From: Bacilli bacterium
Lineage (GTDB): Bacteria > Bacillota_I > Bacilli_A > RF39 > UBA660
Reading direction: 5' to 3'
NCBI GenBank assembly: GCA_041655735.1
Contig: JBBAEV010000002.1
Span: 1-54,592, forward strand
Length of the DNA stretch: 54,592 bases
The position numbers and the translations under genes are program-made. Numbering within the stretch: the stretch's first letter is position 1; every line of letters starts with the position of its first letter. Positions 52,947 to 54,592 of the stretch are shown one piece after another. Under the pieces are notes generated by a model that saw only the letters and a program-made list of their open reading frames with translations, was not told where the DNA came from and did not search any database.

Positions 52947-54026
52947 ATGAACAGTATATATATTCATATTCCTTTCTGTAAGAATATTTGTTCTTATTGT
53001 GACTTTTGTAAAATTTATTATAATGAAACTTTAGTAAATAAATATTTAGAGGCATTAAGTAATGAAATAAAAAACAATTACAAAAAAGAAAAAATAAAAA
53101 CTTTATATATTGGAGGTGGAACTCCCTCTTCTTTAAATTTAAAACAATTAAAAAAAATATTTGGTATAATTAAACAAATTAAATTAGATAAAGATTATGA
53201 ATTTACTTTTGAACTTAATCCTGATGATCTAATAAAAGAAAAACTTCTTCTTTTAAAGAAAAATAAAGTAAATAGAATAAGTATTGGTGTTCAAACTTTC
53301 AATAACAAATATTTAAAGCTATTAAATAGAAGCCATAATATTAAACAAATAAAAGATGGTATTAAATTATCTAAAAGTATAGGTCTTAATAATATTAATT
53401 TAGATTTAATGTATGGTTTTTCTAATCAAACATTTAAAGAATTAAAGAAAGATGTAAAAACACTGCTATCATTAAATCCTACTCATATATCTACTTATTC
53501 ATTAATATTAGAACCTAATACTATTCTATATATTAACAACAACAAACCTATTAATGAAGATTTAGAATATAAAATGTATCAGTATATATGTAAAAAAATG
53601 CAAAAGAAAAAATATATTCATTATGAAATAAGTAATTTTTCAAAAGATAATTACCAATCAAACCATAATTTAAATTATTGGGATAATAATGAATACTATG
53701 GTTTTGGTTTAGGAGCTCACGGTTATATAAATGATTTCAGATATGAGAACACTAGAAGTATAAATAAATATATAAAGGGGAATTATTTATTAAAAAGCCA
53801 TAAATTGACCAAAAAAGAGACAATGGAAAATGAACTTATTTTAGGACTTAGAAAAATAGAAGGAATATCAATATTAAAATTTAAAAAAAAGTTTAATATT
53901 GATATAGAAAAAGTATTTGGTATAAACTTGTTAGAAAGAAAAAAAAATAATCTTTTTATAAAAGAAAAAAATATTTATATAATGAATGAAATATTAAATA
54001 AAGTATTAGAAGAGGTAGAAGAGTAA
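52947..54026 (+). CDS. hemW: radical SAM heme chaperone HemW / oxygen-independent coproporphyrinogen oxidase-like
   Basis: CxxxCxxC motif CKNICSYCDFC, GGGTPS, and a HemN C-terminal domain. Position after lepA. TGGTATAAT lies at 52918-52926. Confidence 0.87.
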   Translation: MNSIYIHIPFCKNICSYCDFCKIYYNETLVNKYLEALSNEIKNNYKKEKIKTLYIGGGTPSSLNLKQLKKIFGIIKQIKLDKDYEFTFELNPDDLIKEKLLLLKKNKVNRISIGVQTFNNKYLKLLNRSHNIKQIKDGIKLSKSIGLNNINLDLMYGFSNQTFKELKKDVKTLLSLNPTHISTYSLILEPNTILYINNNKPINEDLEYKMYQYICKKMQKKKYIHYEISNFSKDNYQSNHNLNYWDNNEYYGFGLGAHGYINDFRYENTRSINKYIKGNYLLKSHKLTKKETMENELILGLRKIEGISILKFKKKFNIDIEKVFGINLLERKKNNLFIKEKNIYIMNEILNKVLEEVEE

Positions 54027-54584
54027 ATGAATAAATTAAAATTAATGGTAGATATGGATTGGGTTATATGTGATAATGGGTTTCTACAAATAATGAATGA
54101 ATTTTTGGGAACTAATTATCCCCAAGATTATTTTAAAAAGTATTATATGCAGGAAACAATACCAAAAGAAAAGAAGAAAGCTTTTTTTAAATACTTTAAA
54201 GAAAAAAATTTTTATAATTATACACATTTATATGAAGGAGTCTACGAAGCATTGAAAGAATTAAATGATAAATATGAATTATATATTTCTACTTCATTTA
54301 TAATACCTGATATAAAAAGAGAATTAGGTTATTACTTAACATATAAATTTGAATATTTAATGAGAGAGCTGTCATTTTTAAAACCTGAAAATATAATATT
54401 TGTAGATGATAAAAATTTATTAAAAGCTGACATTATGATAGATGATAAAATAAATAATTTAAATGGAGCAAATAAAAAAATATTATTTACTGCTTATCAT
54501 AATAAAGAAATAAATGATAAAGAATTAAAGGAAAACGGTGTTATTCGAGTAAATAATTGGGATGAAATAAAAAAAATGTTATAA
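54027..54584 (+). CDS. HAD-type 5'(3')-deoxyribonucleotidase-like protein
   Basis: Motif I VDMDWVICD and a distal IMIDDK. 185 aa. The start abuts the hemW stop. Confidence 0.6.
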   Translation: MNKLKLMVDMDWVICDNGFLQIMNEFLGTNYPQDYFKKYYMQETIPKEKKKAFFKYFKEKNFYNYTHLYEGVYEALKELNDKYELYISTSFIIPDIKRELGYYLTYKFEYLMRELSFLKPENIIFVDDKNLLKADIMIDDKINNLNGANKKILFTAYHNKEINDKELKENGVIRVNNWDEIKKML

Positions 54585-54592
54585 ACTGGAAA

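Noticed and set aside
1-54592. CRISPR arrays, tRNA genes and rRNA genes.
   Set aside because: I saw no regularly spaced direct repeats. No intergenic GC-rich segment has cloverleaf potential. Every intergenic gap is short and is explained by promoters and terminators. This was a scan by eye only, so tRNAscan or Infernal would be decisive.

Overview
This is a very AT-rich, low-GC Firmicute chromosomal segment from a spore-former: sigK, gpr and spoIIP are all present. Almost all genes sit on the + strand.

The conserved backbone is largely colinear with known Bacillus subtilis neighbourhoods:
- mutS / mutL / miaA
- lexA <> small divergent gene, then tkt-sirA-yneF
- parE and parC
- sepF-divIVA-(T-box)-ileS
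- sigK ... yqeG-yqeH-comEA-comEC-holA, rpsT <> gpr-spoIIP-yqxA-lepA-hemW

This backbone is interrupted at operon junctions by orphan genes. Most have their own promoter and terminator.

The features I consider most worth follow-up:
1. A compact SOS control region. Two LexA (Cheo-type) boxes lie between lexA and a 46-aa single-TM ORF that the ORF track does not report. The ORF is a candidate minimal SOS cell-division inhibitor.
2. A non-canonical Rnf operon (rnfC, an rnfD-rnfG fusion, rnfE, rnfA). No RnfB Fe-S subunit is present. Three mini-ORFs look like RnfG/RnfB membrane-anchor remnants plus a Cys-rich mini-protein.
3. parE and parC are split by 9.4 kb. The intervening DNA carries a 330-aa orphan in the position normally held by parC, then uvrB-uvrA, two accessory genes with a duplicated 36-bp promoter/RBS cassette, and uvrC.
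4. mutS and mutL are split by a membrane-protein gene, a probably frameshifted ORF and an IS481-type element flanked by 27-bp direct repeats.
5. Several strongly signalled orphans, for example a 215-aa internally repeated protein behind a perfect TTGACA-17-TATAAT promoter.

I found no rRNA, tRNA or CRISPR array. All calls rest on reading the translations and sequence by eye. No database search or numerical computation was run.
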